Virus record (IMG/VR): IMGVR_UViG_3300031420_000003
Span: 64,001 to 128,000 of that record
DNA from: a virus
Length of the DNA: 64,000 nt
Strand: one strand, 5' to 3'
Within the stretch, counting starts at the first letter, position 1. Each line of letters begins with the position of its first letter. Both the position numbers and the translations under genes were made by a program. The notes under the pieces are model-generated. The model ran no database searches, was not told the origin of the DNA, and saw only the letters and a program-made list of their open reading frames with translations. Shown one piece after another: positions 18,643-27,900 of the stretch.

Positions 18643-18654
18643 TAATATCTATCT
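18643..18654 (-). promoter_or_regulatory. candidate phage early promoter motif, copy 2
   Basis: AGATAGATATTA on the minus strand, just downstream of a terminator and upstream of the 18518 gene. Confidence 0.55.
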
Positions 18655-18714
18655 GAAATCATTTCCGTTCAAACATACCCCAAAAGAAAAAAATGTGACG
18701 TAAAAAATAAAAGC

Positions 18715-18738
18715 AGGTTACACCCGAAGGTGTAACCT
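18715..18738 (-). terminator. intrinsic terminator
   Basis: AGGTTACACC-CGAA-GGTGTAACCT perfect stem followed by GCTTTTATTTTTT on the minus strand. Confidence 0.85.
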
Positions 18739-18744
18739 TGACTC

Positions 18745-19281
18745 TTACACCGTGTGGGTGCGTTTGACTTTCAGCTGCTCTGCATTAAAGACAAAGTATT
18801 GCGGGATGCCATCGGCGTTCAGCACGCTGGCACCGTCGTAGCCTTCTTTAATCAGGCGCTCAACAATGGTCTTGTTCGCGAACACGGTACCGGGCAGCAT
18901 GTCCACATCCGGCAGGACCGGCACGGTATCTTTCAGCAGACTGCGCAGGGTCACACCCGGGTTCAGCTCACGCACTTTTTTGTAGTGCGGGGTTTTCTGC
19001 ACTTCGTGTTCGTTACGGATGGCGAAGGAGATGGCAAAATCACGCCCCATCAAATCTTCGATAGCCTGCAACTTCACGTACGTGCCTTTGCGATCGTTGA
19101 CGAAGAAACGGTTGATGTTCACTTCGGTTTCGAACAGGGTGTACGGCTCACTTGACTCACCCCGGGTACGCTCGATTGCCGCCTTCAGGGCATTGGAGTC
19201 GCGAACCAGTGTGTAGCTTGGCGTGAGTTCCGGCAGGGAATCAGCTTTACCGGGAACTGCCAGAAATGCGGTGACCTTCAT
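18745..19281 (-). CDS. hypothetical protein, weak ADP-ribosyltransferase (ART-PolyVal-like) C-terminal motif
   Basis: EGYDGA...QYFVFNAEQLK resembles GYDG...xVFxPxQIK; function tentative. Confidence 0.55.
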   Translation of the reverse strand: MKVTAFLAVPGKADSLPELTPSYTLVRDSNALKAAIERTRGESSEPYTLFETEVNINRFFVNDRKGTYVKLQAIEDLMGRDFAISFAIRNEHEVQKTPHYKKVRELNPGVTLRSLLKDTVPVLPDVDMLPGTVFANKTIVERLIKEGYDGASVLNADGIPQYFVFNAEQLKVKRTHTV

Positions 19282-19298
19282 TGGTGTGCCTCTTATCT

Positions 19299-19850
19299 TT
19301 AGTTAATCGCGTACTGATGCCGTACGGGCTCATAAGACAGCGCAGACAGGTGCGGACGGCTCTGCTCGACCTGTTCCGGTGTCCAACCCATGATTTGGAT
19401 TTGGTAGTCGTACGGTTGGTTACTGTTGCGAATGTGACGCAGACGCTTACGCAGGTTGTCTTGGTCTTTGACCTCAAACTGCTCGAGTGTGCGACCCATT
19501 GTTGCGCGGGTGCTGCGACAAATCACAGACAGGGGTTCTAAGCCACTGACGTTTAACCACGTCGGGACATCCACCACCACAAAGCCGAGTTTGTTATCGT
19601 TGCCGTATTTGGCAAAGGTGGCGTGTGGGATAACCGGGGCGAAGTTCGCCACACAACTTAAAAAGGTGACCATCGGATTGGGGTGGATTTCCGCGAAGAT
19701 GGAAACAATGGTCTCTTCTTCGACCGCGACGGCCAAGCGGCCCCCGCTTTTCAGAATCTGGTCTTCGATGCTGGAAAAGTCTAACTGCTCTAATTGCTCT
19801 GGAAAGTCTGCTTTGAATTCTTCTACTTTTTTATAGCGACGTAACAGCAT
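19299..19850 (-). CDS. hypothetical protein
   Basis: 183-aa ORF with AAGGAG RBS. Confidence 0.7.
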   Translation of the reverse strand: MLLRRYKKVEEFKADFPEQLEQLDFSSIEDQILKSGGRLAVAVEEETIVSIFAEIHPNPMVTFLSCVANFAPVIPHATFAKYGNDNKLGFVVVDVPTWLNVSGLEPLSVICRSTRATMGRTLEQFEVKDQDNLRKRLRHIRNSNQPYDYQIQIMGWTPEQVEQSRPHLSALSYEPVRHQYAIN

Positions 19851-19875
19851 GATTACTCCTTAGAGGTAAGAAAAA

Positions 19876-19895
19876 AAGAGGGCCGAGACCCTCTT
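19876..19895 (-). terminator. intrinsic terminator
   Basis: AAGAGGG...CCCTCTT stem with a T-tract on the minus strand. Confidence 0.65.
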
Positions 19896-19905
19896 GTACT
19901 GAATG

Positions 19906-20592
19906 TTACTGCCCTTTCTTAATAACCAGCGCAACTGTTAATAATAACTGTTGGCCTAACACCTGATACGCTGACCAGCCGTTCTCCACGCAATACTGCC
20001 CCATCATGTCAAGGCGCATCGCTGGCGGAAACTCCGGGTGCCCGTTCAGCCGCGTCCGGTTTGAAGCAATCAGCCACGCCGGGTCGTTGATGGTACGGTC
20101 ATTCGGGTCAGGACAATCCATGATGTCCCAGTGGTTTCGGTTCTGGAAGTTGATGAAGCACTCAAAGTCACGCCCCAGCGGCAAACCCACTGTGGTCAAC
20201 TGAGTAATGTTCACCATCGCACCAAACGACACGATGTCATTCACCTTGACTTTGCAATACGCTGCCGAGACCGTCACCTTGGAATTCTCGTTCAGCAGCT
20301 TGTTGAGCTTCTCTTCCAACTGACTAGCAACGAAACGTTGAGCTTCGGCCAATTCTTCGTACTGGTGGAGAATCTCGACATTGTTGCGCGACAACAGTTT
20401 GCCGTACATCAGCGTCTTCAACCAGTCTGGGAGCAGCACCTGCAAACAGCGTGAGGCTTTGTCCCAGTTCGTCCCCATGGCCGGGAAGAACTCCATGGCG
20501 TCGTATTTCCCACCGTACGGGCCGTGAACGATTTGTGAAGTAACATCTGCGTTTGCGTCATTTCGAAACATGATAATATCCTTTATTGGCAA
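19906..20592 (-). CDS. hypothetical protein
   Basis: 228-aa ORF with GGAGG before the TTG start. Confidence 0.65.
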   Translation of the reverse strand: MPIKDIIMFRNDANADVTSQIVHGPYGGKYDAMEFFPAMGTNWDKASRCLQVLLPDWLKTLMYGKLLSRNNVEILHQYEELAEAQRFVASQLEEKLNKLLNENSKVTVSAAYCKVKVNDIVSFGAMVNITQLTTVGLPLGRDFECFINFQNRNHWDIMDCPDPNDRTINDPAWLIASNRTRLNGHPEFPPAMRLDMMGQYCVENGWSAYQVLGQQLLLTVALVIKKGQ

Positions 20593-20647
20593 CTAACCTC
20601 CAACCCAACTCAGTGTGAGGGGTTTAGGAAACGTTAGTGCACAAAGA

Positions 20648-20659
20648 TGATATCTATCT
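20648..20659 (-). promoter_or_regulatory. candidate phage early promoter motif, copy 3
   Basis: AGATAGATATCA on the minus strand, intergenic, upstream of the 20592 gene. Confidence 0.5.
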
Positions 20660-20662
20660 GTT

Positions 20663-21079
20663 TTATTTTAGGGGCCGACGTAACGACACCACCGCCTGAA
20701 TCCGCAGCGGGTGTTTCTCTGGGTGGTCTATCGGTTGTTGAATCACCGCCAGCTCCACCCGAACGGCGTGCTTAAACTGCGGGTGGTCAGCCAAGCGTAC
20801 CGAGGCCAGTCCCCGACAGCGCATCCCGTAGTGCAGTATCCCAACGCGGGCCATCTCCTCTTGCAACAACCCCAATAAGCGGTCACTGACCGTTATCAGG
20901 GGAGCCTGCGTCTCCCACATCATCATGTGGGTGTAGGGGTAAACCAACTTCCCCTGAATGTAAGTTTCGATGTTCCCCACCACCCACTCCGGGAGAATCC
21001 CCGGCAGCACATCTCTGACAAACCCCTCGAGCATCTCTATCGGGTCGTCGTGTCGAATCCCGGTTAATACCGCTTCCAC
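20663..21079 (-). CDS. hypothetical protein
   Basis: 138-aa ORF with GAGGAG RBS and GTG start. Confidence 0.65.
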   Translation of the reverse strand: MEAVLTGIRHDDPIEMLEGFVRDVLPGILPEWVVGNIETYIQGKLVYPYTHMMMWETQAPLITVSDRLLGLLQEEMARVGILHYGMRCRGLASVRLADHPQFKHAVRVELAVIQQPIDHPEKHPLRIQAVVSLRRPLK

Positions 21080-21261
21080 TGTTGCTCTCCTCGCTTAAAC
21101 CCAAACCCAAGATAAAGGAAGTCGTCTTCGTGCCTCAGACTCCGCTTCCTGTCAAAGGGTATCACATAGTCCCCCTACCCCCGTGTGTTCTCTTTCAGAC
21201 ACAATAGATCGCCGATATGTAAAAACTGAGGTACCTGTTTGTATGATAACAGGAGACCGAC

Positions 21262-22188
21262 ATGATCAACTCACAGGTGAAGTTTTACTCGATCGGTATT
21301 GTGGCGAAAGACAAGCCACAGGGTACCGATTATATCGACGCTATCGCCATTGAGGTGAACTTTGTCGATCCGACCACCGTCGACGCCCAAACGTCGGAGG
21401 ATGAATTTACTCATATCAGTAACGGGTCACAGGATAACCTGAAAATCAAACAGGGTAACTCCATACGGGCCCGTTGGTGGAAATGGAACACCAACCGTGT
21501 GTCCTCGCCGGATGTCTGTAAAGAAGACTCGGTGATGATATTCCAGTTGGGCGATACCGACATGTATTTCTGGATGGACTTTAACATCTCGAACGTGAAG
21601 AAACTTGAGAACGTCATTTACGCGTGGGCAGCAGACCCCGAGAACCAAATGGCGGATGACTTCTCGAATGCGTACCTGTTAAACGTCTCCCCCAAAGAGG
21701 GACACATTACCTTGCGTACGTGTATGGTCAATGGCGAGAAAGCCGCGTTCATGCACCAATTTAATACACGCGACGGTACATGGATATGTCAAGACCACAA
21801 GGGAAACAAGTATTGGATTAATTCCGTGGAGGACGATGTGGGGTTTGAGAACGCCATGCTCTCCAAAGTGAATGCCAATAAAGAGAACATTTTCATGTAC
21901 TCAAAGAGCGGCATCTATCTTGAAACCAAGCTCATCAGTGAGAAGTGCGAGAAACGTATTAGTAATGCCTCCGCCTCCATGCAGTGGACAACCAAAGACT
22001 GGCTCACCACTTCTGCCAAGTCGATGTTCAAAGGCCCACTCGAAGTCAGCGAAGACTTCAAGTACGGCGGCAAGGGTACCGGCATCGGGACGTTCACCGT
22101 CAGCGAAGCCATCATTGCCAATATCACGTTCTCGAAACACGTCCACAAAGAGCAGGGCGATGGTAATGATGTCTCAACGCCACATTAA
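21262..22188 (+). CDS. baseplate central spike / tail-tip protein (gpV/gp138-like)
   Basis: C-terminal HxH apex motif SKHVHKEQGDGNDVSTPH typical of metal-loaded contractile-tail spikes; beta-rich C-terminal half; AGGAG RBS. Confidence 0.7.
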   Translation: MINSQVKFYSIGIVAKDKPQGTDYIDAIAIEVNFVDPTTVDAQTSEDEFTHISNGSQDNLKIKQGNSIRARWWKWNTNRVSSPDVCKEDSVMIFQLGDTDMYFWMDFNISNVKKLENVIYAWAADPENQMADDFSNAYLLNVSPKEGHITLRTCMVNGEKAAFMHQFNTRDGTWICQDHKGNKYWINSVEDDVGFENAMLSKVNANKENIFMYSKSGIYLETKLISEKCEKRISNASASMQWTTKDWLTTSAKSMFKGPLEVSEDFKYGGKGTGIGTFTVSEAIIANITFSKHVHKEQGDGNDVSTPH

Positions 22189-22205
22189 CCTCTGGAGAAC
22201 AGCTC

Positions 22206-22364
22206 ATGGACGCCAAGGCGCTACATAAGGCCCGTGTCGATAAGTTGTGTAAGCAACTGCCACACCGAACCCGTCGGGGTATTGAAATCGCACTGAAGAA
22301 CCCAACACGTTACTGGCAACTGATGCGGCAGATTCGTGCGTGTGAAATGCCGATGGTGCAATAG
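22206..22364 (+). CDS. 52-aa basic hypothetical protein (below ORF-track cutoff)
   Basis: Read manually: MDAKALHKARVDKLCKQLPHRTRRGIEIALKNPTRYWQLMRQIRACEMPMVQ; GGAGA RBS. Confidence 0.5.
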   Translation: MDAKALHKARVDKLCKQLPHRTRRGIEIALKNPTRYWQLMRQIRACEMPMVQ

Positions 22365-22483
22365 ACTACAAAAAAACAGATGGCTTCTGTATTGTGACGA
22401 TACTGTCGATGGCTACACTTGTAGCACTACACACAACCCGTCGCTTGCAAAGCCACTTTTTTCAGCAAAAAAAGATTGCAGGC

Positions 22484-22509
22484 GTTCCTACTTCTTCGGG
22501 GGTAGGAAC
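22484..22509 (+). terminator. intrinsic terminator
   Basis: GTTCCTACTTC-TTCG-GGGGTAGGAAC followed by TCTCTTTTTTT. Confidence 0.75.
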
Positions 22510-22592
22510 TCTCTTTTTTTACGAGGTCTTAGTATTTGTATGTAGGATATGTTAGCTACCCCACTGTAGTTCAACCGATAATGGAGAGTAAA

Positions 22593-22814
22593 ATGAAAGA
22601 GTTTCAATCATCTGATACCATTCCTGCGGACTTCGAAGAAATTGGCCATGTGTCTGTTTCAGGCTTAAGCACGCTGGATGAAGTAACTGAAGCCCTGTCA
22701 AAAAAGGCTGAAGAAGAAGGTGCTGATGCTTTCAAAGTCATCTCTGCTGGCGGCAACAACAAGCAGCACGGTTCTGCCATCATCTACAAACACTCAGGCG
22801 CTGTGTCTGAGTAA
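22593..22814 (+). CDS. DUF1471 (YdgH/BhsA/McbA-like) domain protein lacking a signal peptide
   Basis: IGHVSVSGLSTLDEVTEALSKKAEEEGADAFKVISAGGNNKQHGSAIIYK matches the DUF1471 pattern; GGAGA RBS. Confidence 0.8.
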   Translation: MKEFQSSDTIPADFEEIGHVSVSGLSTLDEVTEALSKKAEEEGADAFKVISAGGNNKQHGSAIIYKHSGAVSE

Positions 22815-22878
22815 AACTTAACCCCGCTCGTCTTGGGCGGGGAAAGTTGTTTTTCAACTAAACGTTCTGGAGGACGAA

Positions 22879-23442
22879 ATGGAAGTATTCAAATCACCTA
22901 GCGACGTTAATCTGGACGAGTGGAAAGAGTATCATCGTGTTCAGGCCGCAGCGGACAGCCCAGACGGCGTTGAAAACCTGCTTGCTAAGCAAGCGGAAGA
23001 CAACGGTGCTGAAGGTTACGCGATTGTCGGTTATACCGGCAAAGACCGTATCGCTGGCGAAGCCATCCTGTATCGTCGTGACCGTACCAAAAAGTACGAA
23101 CACGCGACAAAGGAAGACGCAGCCGCAGCTATCGCTTTACGGCGAGAAGAAGTGGCGGGTATGGAAAACGTTAACCGTGGTGAAGCGTTAGTTGAACGTG
23201 ATACCGCGCAGACCGTGTTCCCGGGCAATGACAACATTGACCCAAATGCCAAGTCGGACATCGCTCGTGCTAACCAAGCGTCAACGGGTGCCGATCCAAC
23301 TGCGGGTAAAACCGAGCATCATGCTGTAGAGCCTGATCCGGTTGCGCAGAACACCGACGTTGAAAAAGGTGACGCTCCACAGCAGAATACCGGTGCCGCT
23401 CCTGAGAGCACACTGGATTCCGAGCAGGACACCAAAAAGTAA
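22879..23442 (+). CDS. DUF1471-like domain plus acidic disordered tail
   Basis: DSPDGVENLLAKQAEDNGAEGYAIVGYTGKDRIAGEAILYR; low-complexity C-terminus; GGAGG RBS. Confidence 0.65.
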   Translation: MEVFKSPSDVNLDEWKEYHRVQAAADSPDGVENLLAKQAEDNGAEGYAIVGYTGKDRIAGEAILYRRDRTKKYEHATKEDAAAAIALRREEVAGMENVNRGEALVERDTAQTVFPGNDNIDPNAKSDIARANQASTGADPTAGKTEHHAVEPDPVAQNTDVEKGDAPQQNTGAAPESTLDSEQDTKK

Positions 23443-23448
23443 AAAGGT

Positions 23449-23468
23449 CCCCACTCTTCGGAGTGGGG
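23449..23468 (+). terminator. intrinsic terminator
   Basis: CCCCACTC-TTCG-GAGTGGGG followed by TACTCTTTCTTTT. Confidence 0.8.
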
Positions 23469-23609
23469 TACTCTTTCTTTTATTCACCTCAAAAATAACG
23501 TACCGGTGAGTGAATATGTGGGGATATGTGTTGCATTGGATGACGCCAATTAGACCTACCCCCTATAACACGCGTTCAGTATACGAGTATCGACTTTGTC
23601 CTTTGGACA

Positions 23610-23633
23610 GCTCCACCCTCCGAGGGGTGGAGC
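23610..23633. terminator. terminator hairpin at the end of the convergent gene
   Basis: GCTCCACCCT-CCGA-GGGGTGGAGC followed by GCTTTTTCTTTT. Confidence 0.65.
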
Positions 23634-23643
23634 GCTTTTTCTT

Positions 23644-24900
23644 TTATTTGCGTGCCTTGAGTCTGCGCATCCAGACTTGGGTATCGCGCCACGCCCGACC
23701 GGTTGCTATCGGTTGTGCATCGTTCACCACCGACTGCTGTTTCCAGCGCGCATGGGTGGCCACCAAGTTCGGACGGTCAAGCTCTTGAGTGTGGAATGTC
23801 CACTCACCTTCTTCCCACGTCGGCCAGTAGTTCACACATTTCCCAAAGTCGTTGACAAGCATCCCCAGCGGGAGTTTACCGTCAATGTCATTTGGGTCGC
23901 GGTGATGGAACCGACCGTAGGAGCTGGCTAAGTTCACTGGCACTTCATCCACTTCCAACCACGGGGTGTCAATCACCACCATAAACGACGACTCATGTTT
24001 AAGCAGTGCTTGTAACGTGGCCGAACTCAGGATACGGTACGTGGAACTCGGTACCGACAAGTCTTCCACCCCGATGTCATCCCAGTGGTAATACTCCCGG
24101 GTTTCATGAATCAGTTTGAGCAGACTTAAGTTTGGCAGTGACAGCATGACGGCACGTTGACTGAAATACATCGACGCCGGTAACCAGTGTAAAATCCCCC
24201 CGATAACATACGCCACCGTTTTACCCGTTAGGTCTTCTGGCAGCGACACCATCAGTCGGCTGTAGTAGTCACGGGTCTCATCCAATCGCGTGACCGTTAA
24301 GCCACTCAGTGGATAGGTACGCAACTCCCCCACACCGTTTAACACCAAGCATCCCATGCCCGGTTCGTGAGACTTCTGAACAATCCGCCCCGCCCCATTT
24401 AACCGTACCCCCACCGAATCGTTCTGGTGGGAGACCCATTGGCCATCAACATTAAACAGCACGTTGTGACGGTACTGGTCTTTGTACTCATCCGGCAACT
24501 CCAAGACCACATCTGTTGCATCTTCTAAGGCAAAGTCCTGCGAGAAGTGATAACCCGGCGGACACAGATGCGGTTTTGGTTGGAAGTCACAGAACAGGGA
24601 CTGGTAGTGCGCAAAGTTATACTCAAGAACCGGATAGCCTTCTTTGAGTGTCGGAATCGCAACGCCGGCTTGTTCGTTCAGCCAACCTTGCAGGGTGTCA
24701 ATTCGGTTTTGTAACGCAGCCAGATGGTACTGACTGAAAAACGTGTATTGGCGATCTAATGACTCCAGACCCACTTCGAAGGTTTGGTAGTCGCTCACCA
24801 GTTGATTGAGCGGGCGTGAAACGTCGACGGCTTCCCATCTGCGGGTAGAACGATTAAAGCCGTACGCACGGTCAGCCTGCACTTGATATACAGCGGCCAC
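23644..24900 (-). CDS. hypothetical protein, probable virion structural protein
   Basis: 418-aa ORF with GAGGA RBS and GTG start, divergent from the fibre operon. Confidence 0.65.
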   Translation of the reverse strand: MAAVYQVQADRAYGFNRSTRRWEAVDVSRPLNQLVSDYQTFEVGLESLDRQYTFFSQYHLAALQNRIDTLQGWLNEQAGVAIPTLKEGYPVLEYNFAHYQSLFCDFQPKPHLCPPGYHFSQDFALEDATDVVLELPDEYKDQYRHNVLFNVDGQWVSHQNDSVGVRLNGAGRIVQKSHEPGMGCLVLNGVGELRTYPLSGLTVTRLDETRDYYSRLMVSLPEDLTGKTVAYVIGGILHWLPASMYFSQRAVMLSLPNLSLLKLIHETREYYHWDDIGVEDLSVPSSTYRILSSATLQALLKHESSFMVVIDTPWLEVDEVPVNLASSYGRFHHRDPNDIDGKLPLGMLVNDFGKCVNYWPTWEEGEWTFHTQELDRPNLVATHARWKQQSVVNDAQPIATGRAWRDTQVWMRRLKARK

Positions 24901-24968
24901 AGGCGAATTCCTCTAAGGGTAAAGGTCATAGTATGAACTCGACGACCTTGTGATAAGAGGAGTGTATA

Positions 24969-27900
24969 ATGGCAGTCGTCTTTGACCCACATCAGAAAGA
25001 AAGTGGGAATTTAATTCCCCAAGAGGCGGTAACGCCTATCGGTTCGAAGCACCGAGTGCTCATTCCTGCAAACGCCCCTTTTTACACCGGCTCTGTCGTG
25101 GTTACCTCTAACGGTAAAACACTGAAATTCGGTCGTGACTACGTGTTTGGGCATCGCTTCATGACCGGCATCCAACGTACCGGCAGAAACATCCATGCCA
25201 GCATCTGGATAACCAACGAAGATTACGTCAATAACTTTGCCGTGGACTACCATGCAGTTGGTAGCGGCATCGCCACCCCAGCACAAATCGCAGCGGAACG
25301 TCAGGCAAACGCCGACAAGTACCCGGTTGATTGCCAGTGGGAAGAAGTGATTGGTGAAGTCTATTTCCCGCCGGTCGATATCCAATTCGACAAAGCCAAC
25401 TGGCAAGGTGAGTTAGAACTGATGCAGGCCATCGCGGCCATCGGTAAGAAGATTACCGAGAAGCCTCCAATGCCCGATCCCTACACCACCTCGTCTGTAC
25501 CCACAACCAACCACGAAGGTTTTTTCAGTCGCGGCGAAGTGGTTTACCAGAACGACCTCAGTTATTTGGTTAAGAAGAAACCCACCGGGCCGTTTTATAC
25601 CATTACCGGGTATAACCCACACGGGATGGGTGACTACCGACTGATTGTCAATTTCAATCTGAAGTCGTTGTATAACCAAGTGACACCGCCCAATTTCGCG
25701 ATGCTCTTGCGCAATTATTGGAGTGGGGGTTTTGCGGGGCTGCAACTGCGGTACATGGACGGCGATTTGAAACTGGTGCTCTTCGCCGATGGTAATACGC
25801 CCTCCTATTATCCTATCGCTGCCGCTGGAAAAGGGTTGGCCATCTTTAATAAGCCCTTTACGGTTACGGTCATTAACAGCAAGACGCACGACACGGTGTC
25901 GGTGGTTGTGACGCAGGAAGGACAAACCGTCCTTAACTACACGGTGGATATTCAAAACCCACCGACGTCAGTTTCTGCAGAATGGACACTGTTTAATGTC
26001 CGCTCGAAACTCAGCAACCGCACGACCGATTTGCGTCTGCAGTTCGATGTTGGTGTTAATGACACATTCTCGTTTAATGACTTCCCGGGTTACGGGTATA
26101 GCGCAGATGATAACGCCCCGGTCTTAGCATTACTGAAAGACTACGCGGAGATTGTCAACGAGTTGTACCGTGGCGCACCTGCTCACGACCACATCGGTGA
26201 CAAGAACGACCCGCACGAGGATACGCCAGGGTCAATTGGTGCGTTGCCGCTGAATGACATTGCTTTCGATTCTGCACTGGCGTTCGGTCGTACACAAGCC
26301 GCCCTTGCGGTGTACATCAATAACCTGCTCCCGAAAGCAACCGACCTTAACAATCGGATTCTGCGCGTCGGGAACAACACGCCGGTACCGGGTGCCTTTA
26401 CCATGCAACCGGGTCTGGGTCAGATTAGCTCCACGTCTGCAGCGACTGAAGCCGCCGGGGTTGAAACACTGGGTACCGTTGATGACAAGATGATTCGCTT
26501 GTTGTCAAAAACCTTCCAGCGGCACGTCACCACGCAAAACGCCTCGGCGAAATCCGGTGCCAATGAACTCGTGCTCTACAGCGACAGTCGCAAACTCCAG
26601 TGGAACGGTAAGCCGTTACTCGACCCGACCACGGTGATTCCGTACTTGCCGGGCGTGAGTGGAAGTGGCGATGGACTGTTCTACGGTGAGAACACGGCGA
26701 GCTTCACCATCAACGGAAACGGGATTCAAACCGTGCCGTTTAAAGTGGTGTGGTCACCGGCAAGCAATGCCAACCGGGATACCCCAGCCTTGCGTCGCCT
26801 GACCACGGACTTTGGTGCCAGTGATGACTTAATGGTGACACCGCTCTTGCTGAAAAAGCTTGATGCGTTGTTCACCGGCAAGTTACTGCTGAATAAGGCG
26901 AACATCAATGGCATGGCGTTGTCCACGTCGGTCACGATTGACAAGCTGACCTTTAACTTGGGCGCGGTGGCAAACACCCCGGATACCCAGTTACCGGTCT
27001 CCACCGCACAACAGGCGGAGCTTGACAAATACGCCGACACGACACACACCCACACCCCCGCGCAGTTGGGGATTGTGGCGGCAACCGACAAAGTGAAGGG
27101 CCTTGTCAAAACCGGGAAACTGGTTGACGATGCCACCGTCGCGTTGGATGCCGGTGCCGTCAGTGCGTTGGTGAGCCGTTCCGATGCACTGTCAACCACT
27201 GCCGGGAATGTGGACTCCGGTGCCGTTATCGACATCGTGCGTTACGGGACGCCGGGTGCCTCAAGCATCGCCAATGCCCTGACCTCAACCGGTTGGATGG
27301 TGAGCATCAAAGCCAACGTCTATTTTGCACGCTTGCGCTACGATGTGCCACTGGGAAGCTTTAACCTGACCCAGCTGACTTCCTCACCCAGCAACAAAAC
27401 GTTCTTTGTCTACGTGGATGTGGTGAACAACGCAGGTCAGTACCGTATAAGCCTTACCAAACTGCCGGAGTCAGATACCCTGACCGAGATTGGTAGCTTT
27501 ACCACGGACGACAGCGGTGTCTCCGATTCCACCATTCGCAACGTCACCCGCTTGGGGGATTTCCGTGAGCTGGTTGAACATGTGGCGTCGAAAAACGACC
27601 ACAGTCACCGGGCGATGACGCAGGCCGAGTTTGGCTTCACCTTTAACAAGCAAGGTGAGGAGTGGACAGGCGGTGTCAAAGGGACGTTGCGTCGGGATGC
27701 GGATTGGCGGGCACGCGGTGTAGACGGTTGGCGCAGTCGTGAGAATGTGCGTTGGGGTGCGTTGAACAGTGCCTACGACGGCTTTGTGTTCTCACCGGGC
27801 GGGGTTAACTCAACTGACCACCTTGTGATGCAGTGTATCTCACCGTACTACACGTTGAGTGGCACACCCGTGACCTTTATCCCAACCGACGTCACCGTTA

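Noticed and set aside
18519-18662. N-terminal extensions given by the ORF track (also for the genes at 6223, 15812, 55058, 59512 and 62543)
   Set aside because: They run through promoter-like motifs, terminators or neighbouring genes. Downstream ATGs have better RBSs or match paralog starts.
21242-21245. TATG late-promoter motif upstream of structural genes (also near 24932, 44598, 46775)
   Set aside because: Consistent with phiKZ-type late promoters, but a 4-mer is too short to support without TSS data.
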